Made by a program: the position numbers and the translations under genes
In this document: positions 8,998 to 19,458 of the stretch, piece after piece
Layout of the letters: every line of letters starts with the position of its first letter
How positions within the stretch are numbered: the first letter of the stretch is position 1
The notes under the pieces: generated by a model
Databases searched by the model: none
Told to the model about the DNA's origin: nothing
Seen by the model: only the letters and a program-made list of their open reading frames with translations
Origin: Escherichia phage OliverMaurmann_Bas86
Sequence record: PQ850622.1
Length of the DNA stretch: 64,000 bases
Reading direction: 5' to 3' (one strand)

Positions 8998-11568
8998 ATG
9001 ATCGTTTATAACAACCAAGCACCAGCTAATCCTAATAATGTTGGTCAGTTTGGTGCTACAGAAGGCTCTATCGGAGCCTATAAACAAGCAGCGGAATATG
9101 CTGCTGATTCTAAATATTGGGCACTTTTAGCAGAATCTAAGTTTGGGACAATTGATGACCTGATTGCACAGGTAGAGCGTCTATACCAACAAGGTGTTTT
9201 ACTCCGAGAAGATATTGAAGATCTGAAGCAGGATTTTGCTGCTCAAGACGTTCGCTTAATGAACCTGATTGCTCAAACAAACGCTGCTGTTGCAGATGCC
9301 AATAACTCAGTTGCACTTATTGATCAAAAGATTGTAGAAGTCCAGAAGCAATTGGATATTCTAATGGATATGAAGGTTACTGTCACTACCCTGCCTCCGG
9401 GTTCTCAAGCTACTGGCTCTTTTGATAACCAAACTGGTGAGATTAAGCTGGGAATTCCTGAGGGTGAAAAAGGTGCAGATGGCTCTGTAACTGACTTATC
9501 AACAGTATCTTCTGGGGTTCCCGAGTTAGGGGATTTAGGTTTTTATGTAGACAAAGATAATAACACTGTACATAAAACCACTCTAGAAAACATTGCTAAC
9601 CTGATTCCTTCTGTTCGCTCTATCTCTGTCAATGGTGGAGAGGCTCAGGATGGTGACGTTGCTTTGGATATTAATAAAACCACAGTGGGTTTAGGTAATG
9701 TTCTTAACGTAGCTCAATACAGTCGTCAAGAGATTAATGATAAGTTTGACAAACCTGTTAAGATTTATCAATCCAAAGCAGAAGCAGATGCAAATGCCCA
9801 ATATCGTCAAGAGGGTGAATCTGTTTTAGTTTGGGAAGATACTCGGTATGTGTTCTACACTGTTGCTGCGAATAAAACCTTAACTCCGGTTAAGTCGGAA
9901 AGTCGTATCTTGACAGTAAACTCAAGATCACCTGACTCTACAGGTAATATTGATATTACAATACCTACAGGGAACCCTTCTCTATATTTGGGTGAAATGG
10001 TAATGTTTCCATATGATCCTAATAAAACTGTATCATACCCCGGTGTGTTACCTGCTGATGGTCGGTTGGTTTCTAAAGAAAACGCCTCTGATTTAGGTCC
10101 ATCTCTTGTCAGTGGACAATTACCAGTAGTTAGCGAGACTGAATGGCAAGCTGGTGCTAAGCAGTATTTCTCTTGGGGTAAATTAGCTGATGGCGTTACT
10201 GATGCGGATTCTACTAACTACATCAATATTCGACTTCCTGATTGGACTGGAGGGGAGGCAATAAGAGCACCAGATTCTGATAAAGATTCTCAGTACAATG
10301 GGGCTGTACAAGCTCAGAAACCTTATGTTGTCACGGTAAATAACCAAACTCCTGATGAGATTACAGGGAACGTAAACCTCTCCAGATCTATCTTAGGAGC
10401 GGCTTCTTCTGGTGCAAACTCCGACATTACATCTTTATCTGGACTCACAACGCCGTTATCCATCTCTCAAGGCGGGACTGGATCTACAACCGTAGACGGG
10501 ATTCGTAATGCTTTAAAAATAACCCCATTTACCAGTGAAAATAATCACGCATTTATCTTCTCACCGAACTTGTTAAACAGGGCTGTGTTGAGGGATGATG
10601 GGTACTTTATCATACAAGAGAGAAGCAGTACCTCATCTGATAGCTGGGAGCCTAATCCGATATCTATAGAAGCGGGTGGTACTGGAGCATCTACAGCCAG
10701 TGAGGCACTTGTTAATCTTGGTTTAGGTCCAACAGCTACTCTCAACGTCATACCGGTTGCCAATGGCGGTACTGGAGCAACTAATGCTGCTGGCGCTCGT
10801 TATAATTTAGGATTGGGGAGCGTTTCTACTCTTGATAATGTACCAATCGCCAGCGGTGGTACAGGTGCTGGGGATGCCGCTGGTGCCCTAGGCAACCTTG
10901 GAGCATTGAGTAACACTCCAGCAAATACAGGTACAGGTGGTACTGGTGCGCGAGTCCAACATGCCGCCGGAAGTGGCCTGTTTACTTTAGACATGTTTAA
11001 CTGCTACTGGTATATGCAGCCAGAGGATACTAACTTCTGGGTTGCCCACGGTGTGTCATATGCAGGAGCTGGTGGCGAAGCCTCAGGTTATGGTCGTATA
11101 TCTTACGCAATAAAGATTGCAGATGGAACAACAAAATATGTCCATTGTCTTACAAACAAAAACACTATTATTGATACAGGCGGGTTTATCAAAGCGGCAT
11201 CTCCGGTAGTTAATATTTATGCCAACGGTCAATATGAAACGAATGATGAATCTGAGGGGGTTAGTGTCATCCGGCAGGGTATTGGTGAATATCTGATTAC
11301 TGGTTGCCTCGGTCTTAACTCTGATGCAAGATGGGGTGGGGTGGATGGTGGGTTTGAAATCCCAACAGATCGCAATAAGCAGCCTAGGATTTGGCTGGAC
11401 TATGAGGTTAAAGAAGATGGTTCTATTTCAGTTAAAACCTATCACAGAACTCACCCAACCTCTCCAGTTTTTGCTAGAAATGAGATAGAAGGTTTTGCTG
11501 ATGGAGACCCTATTGATATTCCAAGTGATGCTTTTATCTCTGTTCGTGTAGAGATGCCATCCAAATAA
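8998..11568 (+). CDS. Tail fiber protein with Gly-rich phage-fiber repeats
   Basis: 856 aa; N-terminal coiled coil; repeated (A/S)xGGTGA..A....NLG(L)G motifs in residues ~470-640. Confidence 0.65.
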   Translation: MIVYNNQAPANPNNVGQFGATEGSIGAYKQAAEYAADSKYWALLAESKFGTIDDLIAQVERLYQQGVLLREDIEDLKQDFAAQDVRLMNLIAQTNAAVADANNSVALIDQKIVEVQKQLDILMDMKVTVTTLPPGSQATGSFDNQTGEIKLGIPEGEKGADGSVTDLSTVSSGVPELGDLGFYVDKDNNTVHKTTLENIANLIPSVRSISVNGGEAQDGDVALDINKTTVGLGNVLNVAQYSRQEINDKFDKPVKIYQSKAEADANAQYRQEGESVLVWEDTRYVFYTVAANKTLTPVKSESRILTVNSRSPDSTGNIDITIPTGNPSLYLGEMVMFPYDPNKTVSYPGVLPADGRLVSKENASDLGPSLVSGQLPVVSETEWQAGAKQYFSWGKLADGVTDADSTNYINIRLPDWTGGEAIRAPDSDKDSQYNGAVQAQKPYVVTVNNQTPDEITGNVNLSRSILGAASSGANSDITSLSGLTTPLSISQGGTGSTTVDGIRNALKITPFTSENNHAFIFSPNLLNRAVLRDDGYFIIQERSSTSSDSWEPNPISIEAGGTGASTASEALVNLGLGPTATLNVIPVANGGTGATNAAGARYNLGLGSVSTLDNVPIASGGTGAGDAAGALGNLGALSNTPANTGTGGTGARVQHAAGSGLFTLDMFNCYWYMQPEDTNFWVAHGVSYAGAGGEASGYGRISYAIKIADGTTKYVHCLTNKNTIIDTGGFIKAASPVVNIYANGQYETNDESEGVSVIRQGIGEYLITGCLGLNSDARWGGVDGGFEIPTDRNKQPRIWLDYEVKEDGSISVKTYHRTHPTSPVFARNEIEGFADGDPIDIPSDAFISVRVEMPSK

Positions 11569-11578
11569 ATTTAAGAAT

Positions 11579-11598
11579 GCCCTCTTCGGAGGGCTTTA
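11579..11598 (+). terminator. Hairpin GCCCTC-TTCG-GAGGGC followed by TTTAT
   Basis: Read directly; lies between tail fiber genes. Confidence 0.5.
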
Positions 11599-11611
11599 TG
11601 GAGGATTATAA

Positions 11612-13759
11612 ATGTCTAGAGAATTAATGCCCAAATCTGGGATAATGATGCCTCACGTGGTAGTTACTAGAGATGCCGCAGTAGTGGGTGTATCTACTGT
11701 AGATGGGGCCGCTGGTGCTATCAACTTAACAGAAAAATACCTTCAGAAATCTGACGCTGAAGCAACCTATCAAACGAAAGCAGAAGGGGCTACTAAGCAA
11801 TATGTAACCGATGCTATTAACCCCATTATGACGAATGCTCTTTTTAAAGATGACCCCTTTGTCAATAATGACACACCTATCCGCTCCGGTGGTGGTAATG
11901 GTGTTGAATCGGTAGATATGATTAAAGTCACCCCTGAGAACACCATCAAACTAGGGAGCTATGCTTCTTCTGTTCAGGGGGTTGAGATTCATTCTGCTGG
12001 TCGTCTTCAGGTTGTTGATCAGAACGATTCTGGAGTCGAAACTAAATATCCGGTATACTCCAAAAGATATCGCCCAGAAGTTGAGGATTTACCTTTCGCT
12101 TCAATCGGTTCCTACGTCAAAGATTCCAAAGGACGCACTATTGGTGTAACTCGTACTGGTATCAACTCTGATATCAAACAGTTTACGCAGAAGGTAACTT
12201 TCCAGCAACCTGTTACTGTTCCTGATGCTGTAGGTGATTATGATGCAGTTACACTGAGACAGCTTCGTAACAGTAGTGGAGGTTCTGGTGGTCCTACCAT
12301 GAGCGGTATCTCCAACTTTGGTATTGGCGATTTCCATCTTCGTGATAGTCGTGCTTTTATCCCAGCTTTTGAAGTTTTGTCTGACGGGCAGCTTCTGAAT
12401 CGTGCTGACTACCCAGATCTGTGGGCTTATGCACAATTATTGTCACCTATAGAGGATTCAGAGTGGGTAGATGACATTTACCAACGAGGTAAATACTCTA
12501 AAGGAGATGGCTCCACTACTTTCCGTGTTCCAGACCGAAATGGTATTCAGCTTAACTCCCTTCCGGCGCTTTATGGACGAGGTGATGGTGGAGCTTCGGC
12601 TGCTAATGGTCTAATATTTGATGCTGCTGCTCCTAATATTTATGGGGATATTGGTGGTGTTGTTGCTTATGGTCAGACTGGAGCTATCGCCAGAGGGCAG
12701 GAAGAAACGGCTCTCGCCCCTCAACCTAGCACTGGTAATGGTGTCTTGAGGGTTAGTTTAAATGCCTCACTAGTCAGTCCTGTTTATGGTCGTTCCACTG
12801 ATGAAATCCTAACCCGTAACTTTGTAGGCGTTTGGACTATTCGTGCGCATGGTGGTTTTACTGCTGCTAATACTTCTTGGTCAGTTATTAATAGTGATGC
12901 AAACCGTCCTGCTGGTGGAACTCGAGCAACTAGTGGTTCTATTATTGCTGAATATAAAATTGGTTCAGAAGTAGAGGCTTCTACTACGCTCCAAACTGAT
13001 GCTTATATCGACGGAGCTTACTATGGGGTTATCAATGTTTATAATAAAACCAAAGGAGTTACCAAGCAACTATCTTTTGACGATTCTGGAACCCTGAACT
13101 CTGATAGATATGCTGCTCGGTTTGGGACATTGATGACTTGGAGCGAAACAGGAAGTCGCAGAGGTACTTTTTCTATAGACAACCAAGGGATAGGGACTAA
13201 CTTCTCCTTCAACTCCATACTAAGTGCCTCTCAAGCAACTAGTGGGGGGTACAAAACTACCACCCATGTTGGCATGATTCACAACGATACTGGATCTTTT
13301 GCTGATTCCTGCTGGCATGTTGCAGGGGATGAAGACAACAAATACGGTTGTCGTTTAACCCTTAGACCAAGCAGGAATGAGATTTATTACTACACTTGGC
13401 AGCCCGGCTCCACTGGAACTTACACTCTTGCTATGAATCCTGTGTCAGATGAAAGGTTGAAACACAACATTCAAGACCTCTCGCCTGATGAAGCAATTCG
13501 TGCGATTAAAGGTTTGGACTTCAAATCGTTTGTGTACAACAATGATAATCAAGGAAGAACTCGTCGTGGTATCATTGCACAGCAGGCAGAGAAAGTTGAA
13601 CCTCTTTATGTTAAAACTCGTAAATTCCATGACAACGATGGGGTAGAGCAGGAACAGAAAGAGTTGGATGCAACTCCAATGCTTTTAGATACCATGCAGG
13701 TTGTTCAAGATCTGCTGAAGCGTATTGAAGTTCTAGAAGCGAAGTTAGCAGAGAAGTGA
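11612..13759 (+). CDS. Tail fiber/spike protein with C-terminal intramolecular chaperone (peptidase S74-like) domain
   Basis: 715 aa; C-terminal ...NPVSDERLKHNIQDL...GLDFKSFVYN...GIIAQQAEKVEPLYV... resembles the auto-cleaving chaperone domain of endosialidase-type fibers. Confidence 0.7.
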   Translation: MSRELMPKSGIMMPHVVVTRDAAVVGVSTVDGAAGAINLTEKYLQKSDAEATYQTKAEGATKQYVTDAINPIMTNALFKDDPFVNNDTPIRSGGGNGVESVDMIKVTPENTIKLGSYASSVQGVEIHSAGRLQVVDQNDSGVETKYPVYSKRYRPEVEDLPFASIGSYVKDSKGRTIGVTRTGINSDIKQFTQKVTFQQPVTVPDAVGDYDAVTLRQLRNSSGGSGGPTMSGISNFGIGDFHLRDSRAFIPAFEVLSDGQLLNRADYPDLWAYAQLLSPIEDSEWVDDIYQRGKYSKGDGSTTFRVPDRNGIQLNSLPALYGRGDGGASAANGLIFDAAAPNIYGDIGGVVAYGQTGAIARGQEETALAPQPSTGNGVLRVSLNASLVSPVYGRSTDEILTRNFVGVWTIRAHGGFTAANTSWSVINSDANRPAGGTRATSGSIIAEYKIGSEVEASTTLQTDAYIDGAYYGVINVYNKTKGVTKQLSFDDSGTLNSDRYAARFGTLMTWSETGSRRGTFSIDNQGIGTNFSFNSILSASQATSGGYKTTTHVGMIHNDTGSFADSCWHVAGDEDNKYGCRLTLRPSRNEIYYYTWQPGSTGTYTLAMNPVSDERLKHNIQDLSPDEAIRAIKGLDFKSFVYNNDNQGRTRRGIIAQQAEKVEPLYVKTRKFHDNDGVEQEQKELDATPMLLDTMQVVQDLLKRIEVLEAKLAEK

Positions 13760-13763
13760 GATA

Positions 13764-13783
13764 AGCCCCTTCGGGGGCTTTTA
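13764..13783 (+). terminator. Rho-independent terminator (GCCCC-TTCG-GGGGC + TTTT)
   Basis: Read directly after tail fiber stop. Confidence 0.6.
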
Positions 13784-13848
13784 GGAGTGAAACTGGTGAA
13801 TAAGTAATGAAACTACTATATCCAAAAGGAAAATGAAAGGAGAAGAAA

Positions 13849-14067
13849 ATGAAAATGATGAAACAGGTAACTTATGGTCTAGCTTGCTTAGGGACAGGTT
13901 TTGTGATTTCCACAGCAGTACCTGTAAATGCAGTAGGCTCTCATTCTATTATAGAAGCTCCTGTAGAGAAGCTTAGTTCTCAATGTAAACAAAGGACCAT
14001 TCAAAATAATTTGGTTGTTATTTGCCCAGACGCTCAATCTTCAGCTCTGAGAAAAATTCTTCCTTAA
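13849..14067 (+). CDS. Small protein with one N-terminal hydrophobic segment; holin candidate or secreted periplasmic protein
   Basis: 72 aa; MKMMKQ then ~20 hydrophobic residues, possible cleavage at VNA/VG; two Cys in C-terminal part; directly upstream of lysozyme gene. Confidence 0.4.
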   Translation: MKMMKQVTYGLACLGTGFVISTAVPVNAVGSHSIIEAPVEKLSSQCKQRTIQNNLVVICPDAQSSALRKILP

Positions 14068-14100
14068 TTGACCTAAAATAACAACAAAAGGAGGTCAAAG

Positions 14101-14592
14101 ATGGACGCTATCGCATTGCCGCCTGTACAGATGAGCCTAAGTCCGGCTGGTATGGAGTTTATCATGAAGCATGAAGGCATGAGAACTAAAGCCTATAAAG
14201 ACTCCGCTGGAATCTGGACTATATGTGTAGGGGCTACGCGCGATATGAATGGGTATCCAGTAAGACAAGGATTAACGTATTCTATAGAGGATTGTCTAGC
14301 TCTGCTAGATAGAGACACACAAGACTCTGTTCGTGCTACTCAGAAAAACATAAGAGTTCCTATGCTAGCTCATGAATTTGATGCTGTCACTTCTTTCAAC
14401 TTTAATGTTGGTGGTGGTGCTTTGTCAGCTTCAAAACTTAGGAAAGTGATCAACGGAGATGTGAAGGGTGATGTTTACTCAGAGTTCTTACGTTGGGATA
14501 AGATAACTGTTAAAGGTGTAAAGCAGCGGAGTCCGGGACTTCACAATCGCAGGGTTGCAGAAGCAAATCTATACACTACAGGAAAATATTAA
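14101..14592 (+). CDS. Endolysin, T4-type lysozyme (GH24-like)
   Basis: 163 aa; FIMKHEGMRTKAYKDSAGIWTICVG matches the E...G...Y.D..G..TIG.G lysozyme signature; no N-terminal hydrophobic segment. Confidence 0.85.
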   Translation: MDAIALPPVQMSLSPAGMEFIMKHEGMRTKAYKDSAGIWTICVGATRDMNGYPVRQGLTYSIEDCLALLDRDTQDSVRATQKNIRVPMLAHEFDAVTSFNFNVGGGALSASKLRKVINGDVKGDVYSEFLRWDKITVKGVKQRSPGLHNRRVAEANLYTTGKY

Positions 14593-14604
14593 TGGAGGTG
14601 CCTT

Positions 14605-15408
14605 TTGGCTATCGAAACAACTGCGGTAGTTACTACCGATTTAAACCCCCTATACCCACGGGACAGGGACTACCTTTATGAAGGGGCTGCCCAGATACGA
14701 CTGGTCAAACAAGTCTTAATTAACACTTTCCCTAACATCACAGAGCCGGTTCAACTTGACTCAGATTCTTTCAACATCCTAGCAAACAAGGTCTCTTTTA
14801 CTGGAGACTCTATGGACGTTGGTGGTTTGATGATTAAGAACCTAACTCCGGGAACTGGTGATAAAGATGCTGTAACCAAAGGTCAGATGGAAGCTTTCAT
14901 GTTGAATTGGATGCAAAATAAACTATACCGTATTGGTTCTTATTACATCACTGAGGAAGATATTAATCCGGGAGACTCCAGCTCTCTTGGCTTCGGTTCT
15001 TGGGCTAAAGTAACTGGTGTTGTTATGGGTACTGGTGTTGTTAACCCTGACGGTTCTGTTCCTAACGCCCAGCGTGTGGAATTCCAAGCAGGTGGTACAG
15101 GAGGTCGTGTATTCAACACAATCCGTGCTGATAATATGCCTCTTACTACAATCAATGGTTCTAGTTTCCAAGTCAGTTCTTATTCCCACTCGCACAACAT
15201 CACGATGGGTCGAGGTGATGCTAGTGGTCACAATAGCAGCCCTAATTGGTATAGTCCGGGTGGTGGTTACACTCAGGTAACTGACACCAACACTCACTCC
15301 CACTCAATCACAGGTTCTGTTAGTTTTGGGCGTGATGATGTATCAAGACAACCTATCAACACTTTGCCGCCTTTCAGAGCAGCGCATATTTGGAGACGTA
15401 TTAGCTAA
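14605..15408 (+). CDS. Tail fiber-like protein with HxH motifs (putative receptor-binding tip)
   Basis: 267 aa; apparent TTG start with GGAGG 7 nt upstream; two HSH motifs (SYSHSHNIT, THSHSITG). Confidence 0.45.
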   Translation: MAIETTAVVTTDLNPLYPRDRDYLYEGAAQIRLVKQVLINTFPNITEPVQLDSDSFNILANKVSFTGDSMDVGGLMIKNLTPGTGDKDAVTKGQMEAFMLNWMQNKLYRIGSYYITEEDINPGDSSSLGFGSWAKVTGVVMGTGVVNPDGSVPNAQRVEFQAGGTGGRVFNTIRADNMPLTTINGSSFQVSSYSHSHNITMGRGDASGHNSSPNWYSPGGGYTQVTDTNTHSHSITGSVSFGRDDVSRQPINTLPPFRAAHIWRRIS

Positions 15409-15417
15409 GGAGGAATC

Positions 15418-18400
15418 ATGGCGCTTTATCCAATAAAATCTTTAGGGGCTGTAGGGGTTATTGCTGACCAAGCTCCAACTGATTTAGCACCTAATGCTTT
15501 CACTAATGCTATCAATGCCCGCTTTGTAGAGCAAAGAGTTTTTAAGACGGGGGGCAATGCCCCTCTTTCTTATGTAGAAGAAGATAAAGAGATTACACCA
15601 CTCTCTTTTATCTCAATGCCTTTTGACTACTACAGTGCAGGTAATAGCTTTCTGGTTGTTGGTACAGACAAAAAGCTATATAAGTTGACAGATGAAAGCT
15701 TGACAGATATCAGCCGTAAGGTTGCCACTGTCACAAAAAGAGCTTCTGCTTCTATTAAGATTTATCCGGTTGTTTCTCAGATTGTTCCTAAAGAGACTTC
15801 CATTTCAATGAATTTCAACCAAACTAAAACTTTGGAAGTTTCTGTTCTTCCGGAAGATGCTAATAATACATCTCTGGTTTGGGAAGTCAGTAATTCCTCT
15901 TATGGTAAGGTAGAGGTTGATCCTAGTAATCCTAAAATTGCAACTCTAACTTCTTATGAAAGAGAGGGGAATTTAGTAGTCACTGTATCAACAGCCGATG
16001 AATCTATCAGCGCTCAGATTGCAGTAAACATTATAGATGGTGATTCTGGTATCTTCTTAAGCCAAGACACAATAACCGTTCGTAAAGGTGGTAACACTAC
16101 AATAACTGCTGTTACTGGAAAAACCCCTGTAACTTGGACTTCTAGTAACAATTCAATCCTCTCCATCACACCGAACACTAACACACTAACGGCATCCTTA
16201 TTTGCAAATGGAGAAGGCAGTGTTACTGTAACAGCGGATAATGGCGTGAAGAGTGCTTCGTGCCAAGTTAATGTTATACCACAGATTGACAGCATCACTC
16301 TAAGTCAGACTGATGTCCAAATGAGCAGAGGTACTCAGTACGTCCTGACTGCTACAGTTAATCCTTCAGATGCTCCTAATAAGACGATAACTTGGACTTC
16401 CTCTAACCCTAATATTGCTACAGTTTCCGGAAACAGTACAGAAGCAGTAATCACTGGACTACTTGCTGGGTTTACTGAAATCACAGCTGTTACCCAAGAA
16501 GGAAATAGAGCAGCAACTTGTACGGTAAGGGTAGACCTAGGTGGAAGAATGATGCGAACTTCTGCAATGTCTTTTTCGGAACCTATGGTTAAGGAGGTAC
16601 AGTCAGAGGTTGACAATACCTATGCCCCTGCTGAAACAGAAGAGGTTTTGTATTTTGTAAGTGAGCCTTCTGGTATAGACACTTCAGGTATGTACGAAGG
16701 GAACAACTTCTACGACTACTCAAACGTCAATGACATGGAAGGTTTTGCACGGGCTGCACTTTTGGCTAACGATGCTCCTTTACAGTCGCTCTCTTTAGAT
16801 ATTATTAATGCATCCCTTGATGTTGGAGAAGACATTGTAATCACAGCTAATGCTTTACCTGAGGGAGAGTATTTCTACCAGTGGACAGTAGACAAAGCAG
16901 GTTATGTTTCAACTACATCTACTACTGGAAAATCTCTAAAACTGACAGCTATTCGTAAAGGTGAGATCAAAGTTACTTGTACTGCTAGTCAAATGACTCA
17001 GAAAGATTATGATGCTTTTGACGACTATCCTTGGTATCACACCATAATCTCTAACTGTGCAGTGGCTACCACTCATTATGAAACACCACAGGTCAAAGAG
17101 TTTGAATCTGAGTATTTCGTAGATCTTCCGGGATGGGGTGAGCAAACAGTCGTTGATAATGATGGCAATCCTTCTGTTAAGAAATTTAACTGGAAGTGTG
17201 AGCGTATTCGTGCATTCAACAACAGACTTTTTGCTCTGAATATGAGGGAATCTAATGCATCTGGTGTAACTACTCACTACCCTCTAAGACTTCGGTGGTC
17301 GAATTTCGCTAACGAAAACAAAGCTCCATCTCTTTGGGATGATTATGCTTATGATCGTTTAACAACTTCAGACCTATCAGCAAACATTGTTGGTCAAACT
17401 GAGGCTTTGGAAAATGGGTACGCTGGGTATATAGATTTAGCAGATTCTAACGGAAGTTTGATTGATGTACTTCCTCTGAAAGATTACCTTTTTGTTTACA
17501 CGGAGTTCGAAACCTACATTGGTTCTCCAACCAATAACACATATCAGCCCCTTATGTTTAAGAAGCTGTTTAATGACTCTGGCATACTTGCTCCTGAGTG
17601 TGCAGTTGAAGTCGAAGGTGGACACTTCGTAGTAACTCAAAATGATGTGATCTTACATAATGGTGCATCTAAAAAATCTATAGCATCTAACCGAGTCAAG
17701 AATCTTCTCATTAATGAGATCTGTCTAGTAAACCCTCTAGCTACTAGAGTTCACCTACACCAAGACAAGAAAGAGGTTTGGGTTTTATATGTAGGTCCGG
17801 GAGAGCCTAAAGAGAGTTTTGCTTGTAATAAAGCCGCTGTTTGGAATTATGAGTTTGACACTTGGTCTTTCCGTACAATACCATATGCTCAGTGTATTGG
17901 GTTAGTCGATCCACCAGTTCTTGAGAGAGGTCCAATCTGGGCAGATTTTCAAGAGATCACTTGGGATGATCCCTCTATTAACCAATTAGTCTGGAGAAAG
18001 GATGCTAATAACTTCCGTCAAAGGATTACAATAGTTGGCTCTTTCCTGAAGGGATTCTATCAAGTGGATGTTGGTGCTCTGGACTACATCTATGATAGAA
18101 CCAATGATAGGATTATAGAAAAACCTTTAGAAATGAGGCTAGAAAGAACTGGTATTGATTTTGATAATGTCACTAATGAGTGGAATCAAAAACATATTAA
18201 TAGATTTAGACCTCAAGTTACTGGTACAGGTACTTATACTTTTGAAGTCGGTGGAAGTCAATTCTCAAACGAGTATGGACACAATCACTCAACTAAAGAG
18301 TTTAGGGTAGGCTCAGATCGTCATGTATCCGTGAGACTGAACCATCCATACCTATTCTATAATGTTATAGATAATGATGTTAACAGTAATGCTTCTATGA

Positions 18401-18441
18401 ATGGTTTAACCATAGAGTTTAGTGTTGGCGGTCGAAGATAA
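15418..18441 (+). CDS. Large tail structural protein with Ig-like (Big_2) domains
   Basis: 1007 aa; residues ~120-370 contain tandem Ig-like segments. Confidence 0.55.
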   Translation: MALYPIKSLGAVGVIADQAPTDLAPNAFTNAINARFVEQRVFKTGGNAPLSYVEEDKEITPLSFISMPFDYYSAGNSFLVVGTDKKLYKLTDESLTDISRKVATVTKRASASIKIYPVVSQIVPKETSISMNFNQTKTLEVSVLPEDANNTSLVWEVSNSSYGKVEVDPSNPKIATLTSYEREGNLVVTVSTADESISAQIAVNIIDGDSGIFLSQDTITVRKGGNTTITAVTGKTPVTWTSSNNSILSITPNTNTLTASLFANGEGSVTVTADNGVKSASCQVNVIPQIDSITLSQTDVQMSRGTQYVLTATVNPSDAPNKTITWTSSNPNIATVSGNSTEAVITGLLAGFTEITAVTQEGNRAATCTVRVDLGGRMMRTSAMSFSEPMVKEVQSEVDNTYAPAETEEVLYFVSEPSGIDTSGMYEGNNFYDYSNVNDMEGFARAALLANDAPLQSLSLDIINASLDVGEDIVITANALPEGEYFYQWTVDKAGYVSTTSTTGKSLKLTAIRKGEIKVTCTASQMTQKDYDAFDDYPWYHTIISNCAVATTHYETPQVKEFESEYFVDLPGWGEQTVVDNDGNPSVKKFNWKCERIRAFNNRLFALNMRESNASGVTTHYPLRLRWSNFANENKAPSLWDDYAYDRLTTSDLSANIVGQTEALENGYAGYIDLADSNGSLIDVLPLKDYLFVYTEFETYIGSPTNNTYQPLMFKKLFNDSGILAPECAVEVEGGHFVVTQNDVILHNGASKKSIASNRVKNLLINEICLVNPLATRVHLHQDKKEVWVLYVGPGEPKESFACNKAAVWNYEFDTWSFRTIPYAQCIGLVDPPVLERGPIWADFQEITWDDPSINQLVWRKDANNFRQRITIVGSFLKGFYQVDVGALDYIYDRTNDRIIEKPLEMRLERTGIDFDNVTNEWNQKHINRFRPQVTGTGTYTFEVGGSQFSNEYGHNHSTKEFRVGSDRHVSVRLNHPYLFYNVIDNDVNSNASMNGLTIEFSVGGRR

Positions 18442-18447
18442 CAAATA

Positions 18448-18475
18448 GGGGCTTCGGCCCCTTTTATTGTTTTTA
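18448..18475 (+). terminator. Rho-independent terminator (GGGGC-TTCG-GCCCC + TTTTATTGTTTTT)
   Basis: Read directly after 1007-aa gene stop. Confidence 0.6.
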
Positions 18476-18488
18476 ATTGGAGGTACTT

Positions 18489-19457
18489 ATGGGTGCTGGA
18501 GGTTTTCGAAAGAATACTGGTAGAAACAACACCACACTTCCGTACAATGTTGGTTTTCTAAACAATGTGCAGGATACAGAAACTTACAACGTTGCCGTCT
18601 ATGATGAACTACAAAAAGTTAGTACAGCAACTAATCAGATGTTTCAAGCCATTGATGAAATACATGAAGAAATTGATGTTAGGATTAAAGCTCTTAATGC
18701 AATGAATCTTCAATTTGATGAACTTGAAAACAGAATTACTACAGAGATCGAAACAGCTATTGCTGACATTCAAACACAGATGGGCAATCTGTCCACTGAA
18801 GATATTTGGGATAATTCAGTACAACCGCCAGTTAAGCTAGAAAGTTCTATGGCAGGGTTTAAAACTTCTATAGAAGGTAATGAGGTTAAGATACAGTCTG
18901 TTGAGGGAATCGTAAACCAGCAGGGAGAGGAAATTGGCTTAGTTCAAACAGAGATCTCCAACATTAACAGCAGTCTATCTTCTTATATGAAGCTATCTGA
19001 CTACGAAGCTACGTGGGGAATTAACTCAAACGTCAACGGCAGGTATGCTGGTGTCAAACTAACTAACAACGGCACGAATAGTCAGTTCCAAGTTACAGCT
19101 GATAAGTTTGTTGTAGGTGATGGTAACTCGGGTAATACACCTTTTGTGTTTGAAGGAGGTCGAGCTAAGATAGAGTTTGCTGATATTAAGAACGTCAATA
19201 TCACAACTGCTCAAATTGCTAATGCTCGTATTCAGTTTGCTCAAATAGATAACGTGTGGATTACTGATGGTCAGATTGCCAATCTTACAGCTAACAAGAT
19301 CACTGCTGGCTCTATGAGTGGTTCAAACTGGAGACTTACTGTTGGTGGGGATTTTGTGATGGGTGGCACAGGTGGGGCACAGCTCTGGATGAATGGTAAT
19401 AGAATTGATTTCTATGATGGGAGCGGTGCACTGAGAATCAGAATAGGGAGTTGGTAA
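18489..19457 (+). CDS. Virion structural protein (putative tail component)
   Basis: ORF track starts at TTG 18477; ATG at 18489 has GGAGG 5 nt upstream, so the ATG start is preferred; N-terminal coiled coil. Confidence 0.5.
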   Translation: MGAGGFRKNTGRNNTTLPYNVGFLNNVQDTETYNVAVYDELQKVSTATNQMFQAIDEIHEEIDVRIKALNAMNLQFDELENRITTEIETAIADIQTQMGNLSTEDIWDNSVQPPVKLESSMAGFKTSIEGNEVKIQSVEGIVNQQGEEIGLVQTEISNINSSLSSYMKLSDYEATWGINSNVNGRYAGVKLTNNGTNSQFQVTADKFVVGDGNSGNTPFVFEGGRAKIEFADIKNVNITTAQIANARIQFAQIDNVWITDGQIANLTANKITAGSMSGSNWRLTVGGDFVMGGTGGAQLWMNGNRIDFYDGSGALRIRIGSW

Positions 19458-19458
19458 T

